Source: Octopus vulgaris
Lineage: Eukaryota
Length of the DNA: 64,000 nt
Direction of reading: 5' to 3'
NCBI GenBank assembly: GCA_951406725.2
Contig: OX597818.1
Coordinates: 74,834,001-74,898,000, forward strand
The notes beneath the pieces were generated by a model, which ran no database searches, had not been told where the DNA came from, and worked only from the letters and a program-made list of their open reading frames with translations. Positions 41,110-55,897 of this stretch are shown here, in pieces. Position numbers and translations under genes: made by a program. Numbering within the stretch: the stretch's first letter is position 1; each line of letters opens with the position of its first letter.

Positions 41110-41940
41110 GGTTAAATCTCCGTAAGCTGTAAATAAGTTGTCCTGTTATGCATACTTAAGTGTCGTGTCCAATGGAGATAATGTATCACAATTCCAAAGC
41201 TTATAATACCTATTGAGGCAGAAGCAAGTACCCACAGCTGCTCTTTTGTCTTCATGCAAGATAAAATGGAATATCCACTTTTATTATATTTTTTTGTTGA
41301 GGTTATGTCCTCTTGTATGTCCTCTTCTATTTGGAGTTGTTGTAAATTACCATCAAGCTAATAGGGCTAATATTTTTGAAAACAGTCATAACTTCAATTC
41401 GTCATGATCTTATTTTGTATTTTATGTAATATGTGTTCTATAACACCAATCCAAAGATTTTAAGTTCCAGTATACAGTAATCTCTCGACTATCGCTGCTG
41501 TTACGTCCCAAAACTCGTGTTAGGTGAAAATCCGCGAAGTAGAAACAGTACTGTTTATCTTTTTATCTTTTTATAATTTTTATATATTTATTTTATTATA
41601 AATGCAGAGGAATCGACGTAAGCTTAAATAACAAACTGTGCTAGGTGAACCGCGATAAGTGAACCGTGATATGGCGAGGGATTACTGTACTTTTATACAT
41701 CAAAAGTAGAAATTTCTTCATCCATGTATAGGCTCACCTTAACTACAAATTCTGACACTGACTCTACATCTTTCAATTAGGATTCAAAAATATTTCTCAC
41801 TCAATTCTCCTCAGATATATCCAATATCCATCGAACTTTGGAAAAATTGCACAACATTCTAACCCACGGCGAAGAGCAAAACCAAACCTAAGAGTAGACT
41901 TTCGAATTTGATATACTAAATATATAAGCCCCAGCCAACA
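41110..41940 (-). pseudogene. TLR-like relic (TM and TIR) interrupted by a MITE
   Basis: SLLLGLVLLFAVG (TM-like), FSKVRWIL (like YxxRWxI), ELKL*LF, NNSK and MHNRTTYLQL (like KTYLEWP), in the expected order. Confidence 0.4.
41475..41687. mobile_element. pogo/Tigger-type MITE
   Basis: TIRs CAGTAATCTCTCG / CGAGGGATTACTG, TA on both flanks, 213 bp, no ORF. Confidence 0.85.
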
Positions 41941-42821
41941 TCTCGCATTCAACATGCACTATATTTTATATTTTGCTTGTTTCGGGCATTGGATAGCATC
42001 CATGCTGGGACACCAAGATATTCGTCGAGAAAATAAGACCCAATACTTATTCTGTCAGGCTCTTTTGTCGAATCGTTATTTTATGTTACGGTCACATAAA
42101 AAAAAAGATCTCGTCGTTACAGTGTAGACAAACCAAATCATCTATGTATGTGTGTGTGTGTGTTTCCATCATGGAAACATCTCCTCTCCATACACTCTCT
42201 GCAACCTCGCATAGGCCTCTGGGCACGTATCGTCATGACAACTTTCTCTGTCCTGAACAATGACAAGATCACATGCCACGCACTTTCCTTCCAAGCAGTG
42301 CTATAAACAGCAGAAGTGAGCCAGAATGTTAAAATTTAGAGTGTATGCACAGCAGGATTTAAGATCAAGCTGTGCCAAGCGGCTTTTTTCTGCGTACTTT
42401 AACATTGTTACTATGGTAACAGTCCGGATACTTGTCGATGAGTCCTTCTACATATATGTATTTACGGGTGTATTTATAATTACTTTCGTATACATTATTC
42501 AAAGAAATCTATTATTCTCATAGTTTTGTATGAAATATAGGAAATATTTGTTTTTCTAAGGAAAGCTGATATTTTCATACAATACTTCATATGAAAGTAA
42601 TCAGTTGTTTCGTTTGTGGATTTTTTTTATAGAAATGTCAATGATAAATCGGACACAGCGGAGGTATAGCTTTTGTGTAGGTTTTTTCGTATTATCTGGC
42701 TGTTTACTATATTCATCATTTTTTATACGTAGGCGCAAATACACTTTATAAGAAACCGCACAAGCACGCATGTAATATTCATATGCAGACACTTGTATAC
42801 AAACACGCATACATATATACA

Positions 42822-42865
<44 letters not shown>

Positions 42866-43086
42866 AATTGAGATAGGGGTTGTAAATGCAACCCTCCATG
42901 GGATAACATATATCCAATATACTGCAAGGGAAGTACCCAACAAAGTTAATACATAAATGTTAATGATTGCGATGCAATCAATTCATTTACTGTATTATAT
43001 GGGCAAAGGTAAAATGATTTACCACAATATATATATATATATATATACATACATATATACATATATATATATATACACATATATAT

Positions 43087-43121
<35 letters not shown>

Positions 43122-43139
43122 CACATACACATACATATG

Positions 43140-43185
<46 letters not shown>

Positions 43186-43200
43186 CATACATTATATATA

Positions 43201-43603
43201 CTCTTTTACTTGTTTCAGTCATTTGACTGCGGCCATGCTCAAGCAACGCCTTTAGTCAAGAAAATCGCCCCCAGGACTTATTCTTTGGTAGCCTAATACT
43301 AATTCTATCAGTCTCTTTGGCCGAACTGCTAAGTTACGGGGACGTAAACACATCAACATCGATTGTCAAGCGATGTTGGGTGGGAGGTCAAACACAGACA
43401 CACAAACATATACACACACATACATATGTTTATACATATATACGACGGGCTTCTTTCAGTTTCCGTCTACCATATCCACTCACAAGGCTTTTGTTGGCCC
43501 GAGGTTATAGTAGAAGACACCTTCCTAAGGTGCCACGCAGCGGGAATGAACCCGGAACCATGTGGTTGGGAAGCAAGCTACTTGCCACACAGCCACTCCT
43601 GCA

Positions 43604-43605
<2 letters not shown>
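43201..43605 (-). mobile_element. SINE family A, full length
   Basis: Reverse complement of the 23618/54131 copies, including the internal microsatellite. Confidence 0.9.
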
Positions 43606-43657
<52 letters not shown>

Positions 43658-43789
43658 TGTGTGTGTGTATGTATGTGTGTGTGTGAAATAAACTAAAAAT
43701 AAAAAAATAAATACGAATGGATGGAAAAATGAAACACATGACAGTAATAGTATACCTACGCACCTACATATATATATATATATATATAT

Positions 43790-45990
43790 AATTGTTCAGC
43801 AGGACAGCAAATATTAGGGCAAGCCAAACATCTCAAGACGTATACAATATTATTATAGGAAGAAATTCAAAATCTTTCAGTTATTTCTGAGATATTCCCG
43901 AGTATGGGATATTCCGTATTCAGAGACAAATAGGGAAAAAATAGGGAAAATGAGAATGGTATACATCAATAAAATGACGAAAAGAATAAGGAAATGGAAA
44001 GAAAGAAGAAAAAAAAAGCATAAAAGTTCATAGTTCAACTTGCCGAAGTTATAGTAACCAGTGCAAGTGTCCTTACGTGCAATCCTCCGTAGATCCATGA
44101 GCGTAAGTTGTTAGGTGCGATCCTGCATGTGTCCATGTGGGTTATAATCCTGATATAGTATACATCCGAAGAAAACAGGCGCAAACATATAACCGTTCAA
44201 TAACAGAATGGTAGCGGAGGCAGCTATTAAATGGTAAAAGTAAAGAAAAGAAAAGAAATAGAAAGATAGTGTGAAGCGGGGTGATTTTAAGGATTGACGA
44301 TAGGATATAGTAAGTTGCATAAGTGTATGGTGTCTAAGAATTGTGTACGGGTTAGCCGAGAGGATAAGAGAGATGATGAGTGTGTAGAGGGAGACAGGGT
44401 AAAAGAAGTAGAGCAAAATGAGCCACGTTGTATTCATTAAAGAGTTGTAGGTTAGACTTTTGAGAGCTTCTTTTAAGCAAAATACACAACTAGAGTGTTA
44501 GGCCTGATATGAATTACCCAAGTCTATTATATTTCAAGGGTGTTTATACTGTATTTTTCTAATAATTAAATACGTGGCTGGCTAAGGATGTGGAATTGCT
44601 GTTATCCTTATATCTAAGCTCTCTATTAGACTCATCTACCCCCATCAAATCGTATCTAGAGCGAATTGGAAGAAATATACTAGACAGAATCATACCCTCT
44701 ATTAGAGAAAGACTAAATGCAAACTTATGGTCCTGACCAGACGAGATCATCGCCTGATTCTACTTGCTTCACAACAAAAGCACATCCCGTTTTCTACAAT
44801 CTGACATCAATAATTACTATGCCTCTATATTACCTATCCTCCTTAAAAAGGTCCTGACCCTAGCTAAAAACCTAACCAACATAACCTTCTTAGAAATTGA
44901 TGTCATTCTATCTGCCAGGCAGACCCTCATATCCTTCGATAATAAGCTTTGGTCCCGCGCTAATCTCAACACTAACAGAAGCAACTTCTTCGGTATAACT
45001 ATGGGCTCATCCGACTCCGGCCATGCCTCGTACCTCCTTCAACCGCTCCGCACACAATTCCTCCATATTAAAGGGGGTTTATACAGGGACGATGCATTAT
45101 TAATTACAACCGGCCTAACAAAGCCTGCATTAGAAAAAAACTAGAAAACACAAATTCTTCGCCAACTTTGACCTATCTATCTCTTTCGAAAATACTTACA
45201 GGACAGCACATTTTCTATGTTACTTTAGATTTAAACTCTTCACTAAACGTCCTATATCATCAACCTAATCAATGCCTTAAATACAACAACACAGAATCTA
45301 GTCACTATAAATCTACATTTGAGAGCGTAATCAAAGGCATATCCATCAGATATGTCTGCCAATGGAGAAATCTTCAGCAACTACGCCAACTGCTATAACC
45401 AAGCTCTAGCCGTTAGTGGTGTCTCCCAGAATATTAGATTTATACCCAACTCTAGACTTAAGGAACACCTCTCGAAACTTAGCTCTGGACAAACGCGCAC
45501 AAATAATGGAAATCTAATCCCTCCTACTACGATCAGTCAATCTCGCTCACCTAACATCCGCACGCACAACACTAGATCTACAAACACTAATACTAACATT
45601 ATACATTCCATCTGTCCTCTGACATTCACTAGGGATTCTTTCTTTCCACCACCATATTCTTTTACTCCCTTCCTCTGTGTCGTCATCTTATTAATATATA
45701 TCATTCTCATTTTCCCTATTATTTCCTTATTTGTCTCTGATGACGGTATATTCCATACTCGGGGATATCACAGGAACAGCTGTAAGATTTTGAATTTCTT
45801 CCTATAATAATATTGTATACGACTGGGGATGTTTACCTTGCCTTAATGTTTGGTGCCCTGTTGAACAATTATATATCCGCTGAATCGGAAATCTGCAATG
45901 GCTCCATAACTACCATCTCAGCTATAACCGTGAAGCTCCAGTAATCCGTTACAGCATTTACATATCGCACCTAATCGTTTAGTCACCTAT
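43790..45990 (+). mobile_element. Penelope-like element with inverted terminal repeats carrying HHR motifs
   Basis: RT pieces QSDINNYYASI, GITMGSSDSG and GGLYRDDAL; about 43790-43985 is an inverted homolog of about 45675-45870. Confidence 0.85.
45734..45787 (+). ncRNA. Type I hammerhead motif in the PLE terminal repeat
   Basis: TCT-CTGATGA-cggtatattcc..ggggatatcaca-GgAAC-AGCT-GTA-AGA; the inverted copy keeps GAAA. Confidence 0.65.
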
Positions 45991-46016
45991 ATATGTATAT
46001 ATATATGTATATATAT

Positions 46017-46610
46017 TCAGGAGTTCCTGGGACAGGAAGTAAATATGTGCCGGGATATCAAAAAAGAGATCTCACGGAGAGTAAGGGCCGGATGGGAGGC
46101 GTTCAATAGCATAAGGGATGTGCTCAAGGGAAGGTTGGACAGGACCACCCGTGCCAACCTCATTAACAGTGCAGTTCTGCCTGCAATGTTATATGGTAGT
46201 GAAACATGGGCTACCACAAAGAGAGAAGAGCAAAGACTAGTAACCCCTCAAAGAGCCATGGAAAGGTCCATGCTTGGTATCTTGTTGAGAGAGTACATAA
46301 GTAACAAGATAATCAGAAAGAAATCCGGCGTGAGAGATGTCATCACAGAGTATACACGCAGCAAGTATAGATGGGCTGGACACGTCGCCCGGCTCACCAA
46401 TAATCGGTAGACGCACGCAGTTGTCGAGTGGTACCCGCGTGAGCGGAAAGACCACCCGGAAGACCTCCACGACGGTGGAGTTGCGAATTCAGGAGGACGA
46501 TTGGGATCACGTGGATGAGAAAGGCGCGATCCAGAGAGGAGTGGACAGCGTGCTGTGACCAGCGGTGTCAAATGGACGCCTTACGGACTGGTCAGTCAAG
46601 GTGATCAAGG

Positions 46611-46615
<5 letters not shown>
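46017..46615 (+). mobile_element. RTE-clade LINE 3' fragment
   Basis: EISRRVRAGWEAF, VLPAMLYGSETW, QRAMERSMLG and RWAGHVAR; tail repeat TCAAGGTGA x2. Confidence 0.92.
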
Positions 46616-46675
<60 letters not shown>

Positions 46676-47167
46676 GTATGTATGTATGCATACATACATA
46701 TACATGCATATATATGTGTGTGTGTTTGCCTCTGGGTGCGTGCGTTTGAATGTGAGAGTAGCTGGTGAAAGAGTTTGGGCTTGTGTTTGTAAGCACATTT
46801 ATCTTTATGCGTGTGTTTGTAGGCAATTATACCTTTATGATTAGTAGCAAACGTAATAATAAGTCTCAATGTCTCTTCGAAAAAATTTCACATATCACAT
46901 TTCTATTTCTTTCAACTTTCAACGCCGGATTCTCACGTGCAGCAAACAACGGAAATGTGAAAGCAACAATGAATATATTGAAAGGCGGAATTAATTTTTT
47001 CTAGAATGTGTATCTAATTGTTAATATTTTAAAATATTCAAATACAGTTCATTAAATATGTTCATACAAAGTATAGCGAATAGTAGAAAAAACACAAAGG
47101 TGTACACTCTGTGCAAATACATACGTATATATGCGTGTATGTATATACATATATGTATGTATTATGT

Positions 47168-47819
<652 letters not shown>

Positions 47820-47899
47820 TACATATACATAAGCATGTACGTACGTACATACGAGTGTATGCATTAAAAGCAAAATATGAAGTTATATTCAGAAACATA

Positions 47900-49270
47900 C
47901 TGGGATAATATATTGAGCTCTAAACTTTAGCACGTAGGTCTAATAATCTAAATTTATTGAAATATAGAGTTTAGGGCATGCAAATATTTATAATATACGA
48001 TGTAAAAGAAATAGTTCGAAACGAGAGTTATATTACTGTATATGGGGGCGTTAGATGATTGAATTTAGCTTTGTTTTAAAGACTTTGGCAACCAATTTAT
48101 GAACAATACAAACGAGATGCAGATTAAAGATAGTAAATAGGACACAGGCGACTGCATTTATTTGAAATACGTATCTGGAGGCAAATAATCATTTGGATTA
48201 GATCATAGCGCGCAACGTAAATAAACATTAATGAAATTAATAGATTAGGAAATATGAATTTAGTAATGTTAATTGCAGAGAAAGACAGATAATAAGTAGT
48301 AATTTAATCAGTGAATTGTCGGGTAGGAAAGGCTTGGAGTTATATCAAAGTAAGGATTGTAACTAAATTTCCAAAGGTATATTATGTACATTCATAATGT
48401 AGATATGAAATGTGGGATGTATTTGTGAGATTTGTTTTGTGTTATTTTGTGGCTGAAAGGAATCAGCCATTTGGAATATATTCTTTAAGTAAGATACCTT
48501 TAGGAAAAAGGATTTCCATGATTTTCGTAGTTATGTTAAATGATTTTCATACCTATGTTAAAGGGTCTTCTGTTATCCATGTCGGATTTCAGAGTGGCTA
48601 GGATTTAGCATTCTAAGTTATTGGATATATTTAAATTCTTTAAATTCCAAACGTAAGTTGAAAGAGATGTAGTCATACAATACAAAATAAAGGATTGCTA
48701 AACGACAAAAATAGTCTGTTCATTTTACCGAAATTTGGAAGATTTCAGTGAAATAAATAAAGTTTACTTCAGAATTGGCGGTTCTTGTCTTATATCAAAA
48801 TAGAGTTACAAGAGCTTATCAGAGATTTCATTAAATAAACAGAAATAGAACTAGAACTTCTTTTCTTAGGTGTAGTCAGTCTAGATGAATTAATGGCGAG
48901 GGCCGTTTTGGCTGTAACCGAATACAATATATGTATTTTTGGAAAATGTGTTACATGCATGTTGTAATAGAAGCTGTCTTTTAACATTTAGAATGTCTTA
49001 GCTATAAGTCTGATAAACTATCGGTTATTGTGTGGATTGAATCACTCTTTGTAAGTTTTAAAATATCTATGACTGATTTCTTCGATGATGCCTTCATCAT
49101 TTTCATGTTTGCATTAAGACCATGTGTATTTAAGATATTAATATGATAATTAGAATGGCTATTGTGAATCTTCCCCTTTGCAGACAGCTTATGATCTACA
49201 GGATCCACATTATTCATAATATTTCTATGGTTTTTAAACTGAATATGTAATTGTTTCTCCATGTTTGTAG
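47900..49270 (-). mobile_element. Decayed LINE APE-endonuclease region
   Basis: ORF 49002-49262 INILNTHGLN...IDILKLT resembles the APE N-terminus (NxxGL...DIxxLxE); ISVY downstream. Confidence 0.45.
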
Positions 49271-49691
49271 AAAATGAAGAACAAAGCGATATTGAAGTTA
49301 CTGATTACATGAACGAGTTTTACAGATTTAAATGAAGTTTCTATCATAACGATTAATCCAAAATGTTAAAAACTATATGTTAAAAACTGACTTTCGTAAC
49401 TAAGTCAGTAAGCTGAGGTTTACAGATTTTACATAGCAGGAGACTTTCCACTTTTTATAAACTTCCGTCTAAATATGTAAAGATGAAATTTAGAATATGG
49501 AATTGAAATAAAGCAATGATATATTTAATCCTCGGTAAATCATTCGCTGATAATATCGATAAAACACCCATAAGCACACACATACACCCACATACACGCA
49601 CACATAAACAGAGAGACAGACAGAGAGGCAGTCAGACAGATAGACAGACAGATAGATAGACAGCCAGACAGACAGATAGATAGATAGATAA

Positions 49692-49765
<74 letters not shown>

Positions 49766-49848
49766 TGATTGACTGATTGATTGATTAACACATGCATAAA
49801 TAAACACGCGTGTACATGTATGCGTGAATGTTTCTCTGTGTGTTTATA

Positions 49849-50990
49849 CAGTGTTCCAAAAATGCATACACACATTGAGTGATTATAAACTCAGTGTTTA
49901 TTAAAATATGTCATTTCCAAATTTTATTACAATCTAGACAGAATCCTATTTCTTTTTATTTTATGGGTGCCTATTTTCAAACTGATGATTGATCTGGCCC
50001 AGATACTGCTGATAACGTGAAGCAATGGAGTTGTAATCATCAATAAACATTTTATTTTGTCTTTCTTTTTTGTCTGCCTTTTCGTCCAATCACCGTCATC
50101 TATTTGTCAACTTTCACTGTTTTGTACAGTAAACAAACAAAAAACGGGTATCTTAGTATACTCACATAAAGAATGTAGTAGTGACAGTACCGATGAACAC
50201 GGAGTTATTCTACTCAACTTTTTCTTTTTATATATCTGTTTTGGTAAAATCTCTTCAAAGTAGGCCCTTACATTATTATAATATTGTTGCTATGCCCTAT
50301 CTTCCTGGACATATAACTCTATCTTCAGCATCTTCTTGAATGCTTGGCCTCGTAGACTGTTCAAATGAATGTGGTCAGTCACAGTACCATGAAAAAAGAA
50401 TGTCCCCATCACTCCTATTGATGATAACTGCACCGCACTTTGACCCCTGTATATTAACATGAGGATCTTCTGTTGTATACAGATTCTCAGTTTCCCAAAA
50501 TATACAGAAGTAGTGATTAATTCAAATCAGCTATTTAATTTAAATATAGCCTCAACACACAAAACAATTCTTTGTGGAAAATGTGTATATATCCTACATA
50601 TCTTGCGAAATACTGCTCGCAAAACTCTACTTTCGGTCATGATTATCTTCATTGAAAGCTTAGTCTATTCTTCAAATTTAACGTTTCCAATGGCAATGCT
50701 TCAAAATGCGATGAAGTGTTGATGTTAAAATTCCATTCTACGCTCGCCGGAGAGAATATCTTGAATTCTGACAATAAATTTCCACAATGGTTTCTTGATT
50801 TGTGAGACTAGTCGATGTCCCCGGTTACGAGGATTGTTTATGCGGTCATCATGAACAGTGCATCAAACTGACCCCTAATTCGAGTGCTAGTAAGCTTCGT
50901 TAGTGGTTCTATTTGAAACTCCTCATTAAATTATATGTGCATTTCGAATGCGTTTCCAAAATTACATTAGGTGTTAATGTTAAACTTTTT
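49849..50990 (-). mobile_element. Tc1/mariner-superfamily transposase relic
   Basis: TA-CAGTGTTCC terminus; minus-strand EAIFKLN, TVTDHIHLNSL and YVQEDRA (like FQQDGA). Confidence 0.6.
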
Positions 50991-51168
50991 TCAAAATTTA
51001 GTTTGGCTCACTTCATGTTATCTGTACGTTAAACGAAAAAGATGCAAAATTAAATGTATCAGCTGTGTTTGTGTGTGTGATTGTGTGTGCGTGTACGTGT
51101 GCGTGTGTGTATGTGTGTGTAGTGAACGCTTTTGTGATTCAATTTTATTTTACAGCACATATACACGA

Positions 51169-51204
<36 letters not shown>

Positions 51205-51243
51205 AGCACAGACACACACACACACACACACACACATAAATAA

Positions 51244-51279
<36 letters not shown>

Positions 51280-51287
<8 letters not shown>

Positions 51288-52490
51288 TTTATTATTAAAG
51301 CTGCTAAAACATCACAAAAAAGATTACAAAAACTTCTACTCAAAGTGAAATTTAAATCAAAAAGCTAAGCAACTGGCGAAAATCATCAACTCTTTCGTTC
51401 AGCCTGTTAAAGTTCTGTTAGTAGCATCGGTTTATCTGCAATGATAATAGTAATGATAAATAAATGCAATGAAAGCAATTAAGTAAATAATAATCATAAA
51501 AAATATAATCAAAAGAATAAAAATAAAATGAAACAAAACAAATCATTCGGGTATTCGATATCTTAAAACACATTTTAGGCGATTCTAGAGTCACTAAATC
51601 TTTACAACACATTTTAGGCGATTCTAAGTGGCCTATTAAAGACGTGCATTACAGATCAAAGTTGTAAGATACATTGTGCTCTAAATCGCAGTGCAAAAAA
51701 AAAACAATCCTATGGTTCAAAAAGGTGCATTTAAAAGTAACAAATACAATAAAGCAATGAAAATAAAATAAAATAAGGTAAAAATAATAATAAAATAATA
51801 TAAAAAGAAAATAAAATAGAAATAATAGTTTGTAAACATTCGAAGGTTTTCTTGAAAGTCGAAAAATGTAAAATGTAAAGGCTAAAAATGTACAATGAAA
51901 TCTGTTTTGGGATGAAAAGCCAAATTCAAATGCGTAAGCCAATATTATCTGTATGGTATTTTTCACTCGACATTTTATACCAATAGCGTGTCTGCATCAA
52001 TTTAAAAGCTCCCATCTTTGTTTCAGTGCGTATTTATCCTGGAACAATATGAAGACCCTTTCCGTCAGGCACAAATTGCACCTCATTGGACGTCTATATG
52101 CTCCATGTTTATATAGTGCTGCTTTCTACAAAATTGTTCAGCTGATTTTGAAAGGACGAGTATCATTTTCATTCAATTGCCACACACGTTTAGCGAGACC
52201 CGTTGCTGACCTATTTTCCGAGTATCGAAATGAATTTCGGTGGGAATATAATCTAATCTTAAAAAGAATTTTCCGAAGCACCTGTACAAGTCTTGCATTC
52301 TTGTGAACCATCTATTTGTACCTTAACTCTATAAGCTATTCCTTTCTCAAGACAATTTCCTCTTAACGGACAGCAATATTTTATCTTTACAATTACAATT
52401 CTTCTAGTTATTTCCGGCACTATGGTTGCTTCTAATAGTTTTCATGTTGCGCTGGATAATTAAAGAACCGAAGCTCTTGCAACAAAAATA
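51280..52490 (-). mobile_element. PLE GIY-YIG C-terminus and 3' terminal region
   Basis: TGASENSF and RCNLCLTERVFILFQDKYALKQRWELLN*CRH, the typical PLE C-terminal signature. Confidence 0.75.
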
Positions 52491-52833
52491 ACTATATATA
52501 TATATATATAAGTTAAGCAAAATTTAGATTCAAATGAATATGGTACTTAAGTTAGATGCACCAGAATTTTGTATGGTGTTATCCATATAAATCCATGGGG
52601 TGATTATAATCAAAATAAGCAACAAGAATAAGCAGCAACCATCACTCATTGCCCTCCCTATGATTAGGTGATTTGGCCAGTTTTGCTGACCAATCAACGG
52701 GAGGGTATTTCGGTTCAGTTCGAAACATCCGATGATCGTTACATACCATATGATGACATCACTACCTTCTTCTCAAATCTCCATTGTCTTTTGGAGTGGA
52801 AAAGAAGCACCTTTTTCTTGGTATTATTAATAA

Positions 52834-52985
52834 TAATCCTTTCTACTAATGGTGCAAGGCCTGAATTTTGAGGGGGGGGACTATTCGATTACATTGACTC
52901 CATTGCGTAACTGGTACATATTTCATCGGGTTCGAAAGGATGAAAGGCAAAGTTGACCACGGCTGAATTTGAACTCAGAAAGTAA
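52834..52985 (-). mobile_element. SINE family B, partial
   Basis: Reverse complement of TTCTGAGTTCAAATTCAGCC..TTTGCCTTTCATCCTTTCG; ATT-rich tail. Confidence 0.75.
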
Positions 52986-53196
52986 AATAAGTACCATACT
53001 CTTAGAAAATAAATATGATATTCTGTTTGGCTTGTTCAAGCTCTGTGATTGCAGTCGAATGATTCAAACAAGTAAAAGATAAAAGATCAAGATAAACAAA
53101 ACTCTCTCTATATATATATATTAGAGAGAAACCACTATGCTAGAAATAAATCCGCTACGGTCTCACCACTAAGAAATGTTCTCAAACATATACATG

Positions 53197-53230
<34 letters not shown>

Positions 53231-53237
53231 CATATAT

Positions 53238-53295
<58 letters not shown>

Positions 53296-53371
53296 CATAC
53301 ACATATACATACATATACATACACACACATATATATATAAATATACATACATATATATATATATATATATA

Positions 53372-53940
53372 CTTGCTTGGAGAGGAGGGTGTTTATTGGA
53401 CACCCTGCGAGATGAAAAACAAAACCCGTCAAAGAGCGGAGGAACTCTTGAGAGTCAACGCCCATCCAATAAATGTGTATTTTTTTAAGGCTTAAGACTG
53501 TATCATGCGCGGAGACATAAAAATAATCGGACTGAATACCCGATCACGCGGTTAAACCATTGGGAGTGAAGGGCACCTAGCCTTTGTTAGGGCATCCTTC
53601 TAGGAGAAGGTAACTCAGGTAACTGGGATAACTCCGACATAAAACCTGCGGCTCAGTGGTTTCCGATGATGTTAACTCGTTCTTCTTTTCGGATTATGGC
53701 TGCTGTTGCTTAGTGAGTGGGATCGACTCAGTGCACAGCCTTTCCTCACTTTAAAAAAATCTTCTTGCACAGGCATTGCACGATAGCAACATTGTTCATT
53801 ATTGTTGATAGTGCTGTGAGTCTTAACTGAATAGCTGACTGTAGCCTTAAAAAGCAAATAAAAGTCACATTCGATTTCAGCACCAATAACAGTTAAGCTT
53901 CGTGCAATGGCCATACTCGATAACGAGGGGGAAGCCATCA
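53372..53940 (+). mobile_element. Second, 5'-truncated copy of the 47168 element
   Basis: Colinear with 47265-47711 plus about 100 extra bp (about 53794-53892); TA tracts on both sides. Confidence 0.7.
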
Positions 53941-54130
53941 TATATATACGCGTGTACATATGTATGAGTGAAGAAATGAAAGTATCGTTCAACTCATTGG
54001 TAGGAGTTGCATATATTTTCACCAAAGGTTTAATTCAGCGCGACACCACGTAGTTTCATGGACATGTGGGCCACGTACTTTTCACCCGTTGTAAGAAGCG
54101 GAGTGGAAGATTTTAGGAAAAACTTAAGAT

Positions 54131-54312
54131 AGACGTAGGAGTGGCTGTGTGGTAAGTACCTAGCTTACCAACCACCTGGTTCTGGATTCAGTCTCACTGC
54201 CTGGCACTTTGGGCAAGTGTCTTCTACTATAGCCTCGGGCCGACCAAAGCCTTGTGAGTGGATTTGGTAGACGTCAACTGAAAGCCCGTCGTTTATATGT
54301 ATATATATTTAC

Positions 54313-54351
<39 letters not shown>

Positions 54352-54563
54352 TGGGACTGTCCCCCAACATCGCTTGACAACCGATCTGGTGTGTTTACGT
54401 CCCGGTAACTTAGAGGTTCGGCGAAAGAGTCCGATGGAATAAGTACTAGGCTTACAAAGAATAAGTCCTAGGGTCGATTCGCTTGACTAAAGGCGGTGCT
54501 CCAGCATGGCAGCAGTCAAATGACTGAAACAAGTAAAAGAGTTAACGAGTAAGGAGTAAAGAG
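54131..54563 (+). mobile_element. SINE family A, full length
   Basis: GGAGTGGCTGTGTGGTAAG head, internal TA/TG tract, GAGTAA tail repeats. Confidence 0.9.
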
Positions 54564-54799
54564 TAAGGCTTATAAGTGCTTAAAGAACGAATCGTCAGCT
54601 TAAGTCACGTAGCATTAATGTGATGGGATTAATACCAGCTATTTTCAGACAGGATATTGGGAAGGTATCTGTGCTATTTTTGCTCCAAACAGCGGTATAT
54701 TTTCCTTGAATGGAGTATCTTAGATGATGGAGTGGAATCCTAGCGTGAATCAGCAGCTCAGTCACCGATCAGTGAAATACTAACACATTGACATCTGCA

Positions 54800-55613
54800 G
54801 TTGTGTGTGAGAGTGCGTACGTTATCTAGAAGAATGTACTGATGACGTAGGTTTGTTGGTGCATTCAATTATGTGCGTTTACAAGTTCTGAAGAAATTAA
54901 ATGGAAATGTTCTGAAGTGTATACTGTCCAAATATTACTAAAGATTCCCCAGGTTAGCAGTTTATTACCTTTGTGGAACGAGTATTATTATTTCCTGATC
55001 CTGTATCCAAGTTTCCGATTGCAAATCAAAGCGCTACTACTGATATGATATCATCGCCATCACAACGAATGATATATAAATATTATGATCGTATCTCAGG
55101 AGAGAAAAGGAATATGTGATATCGAATTCAAGGATATTTAATCAATATATACCATTGTTATTAAGGGAGCAACTTGCTGTAAATTAAAAACAATAACTAT
55201 TGTACTACAAAAGGTAATAAAAATATGAATATAACATATATTAAACCCCAAGGACTCACTCATTTACAACTAACACTTCTTTTCATAAATAGATTACTAC
55301 GGTGAATTTAGTAGTTTGATGTGAATCTCAACATAATTGTTATTATATTTATAGGATGATATAACGAAGCCTAGCAAGTCATGCCTTCCATACTAAATGG
55401 ACATGCAACATGTAACACAAATAGAGAATATAATGTGAGTGGTATTTAGTATCAATTCGAATCGGATTCAATTATTAATGCAAATAATTCCATAGATTTG
55501 TATCCTGCTTGTCACATCGGATTATTTGATCAAGTTTTTCATCGTTTTATATACTCTATATACTACATATTGCAAATAGGAATAAGGTAGTGTTAACGAC
55601 ACAGAGCTACTAA

Positions 55614-55703
<90 letters not shown>

Positions 55704-55845
55704 TATATATATATATGCGTATTTAAATACACACACACATTCATTCAGATACGCACACTGTCAGTCATAATGACATAATGCTTATATTGAATGTGACATT
55801 CGATATAAGCATTATATATTTCTTTCGTCTTTCCACTCATTCATA

Positions 55846-55897
<52 letters not shown>

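Noticed and set aside
42300-42800. Possible further PLE endonuclease fragment on the minus strand
   Set aside because: Too decayed; no motif I can defend.
51565-51630. 21-bp direct repeat AACACATTTTAGGCGATTCTA
   Set aside because: Only two units within a PLE 3' region; not an array.
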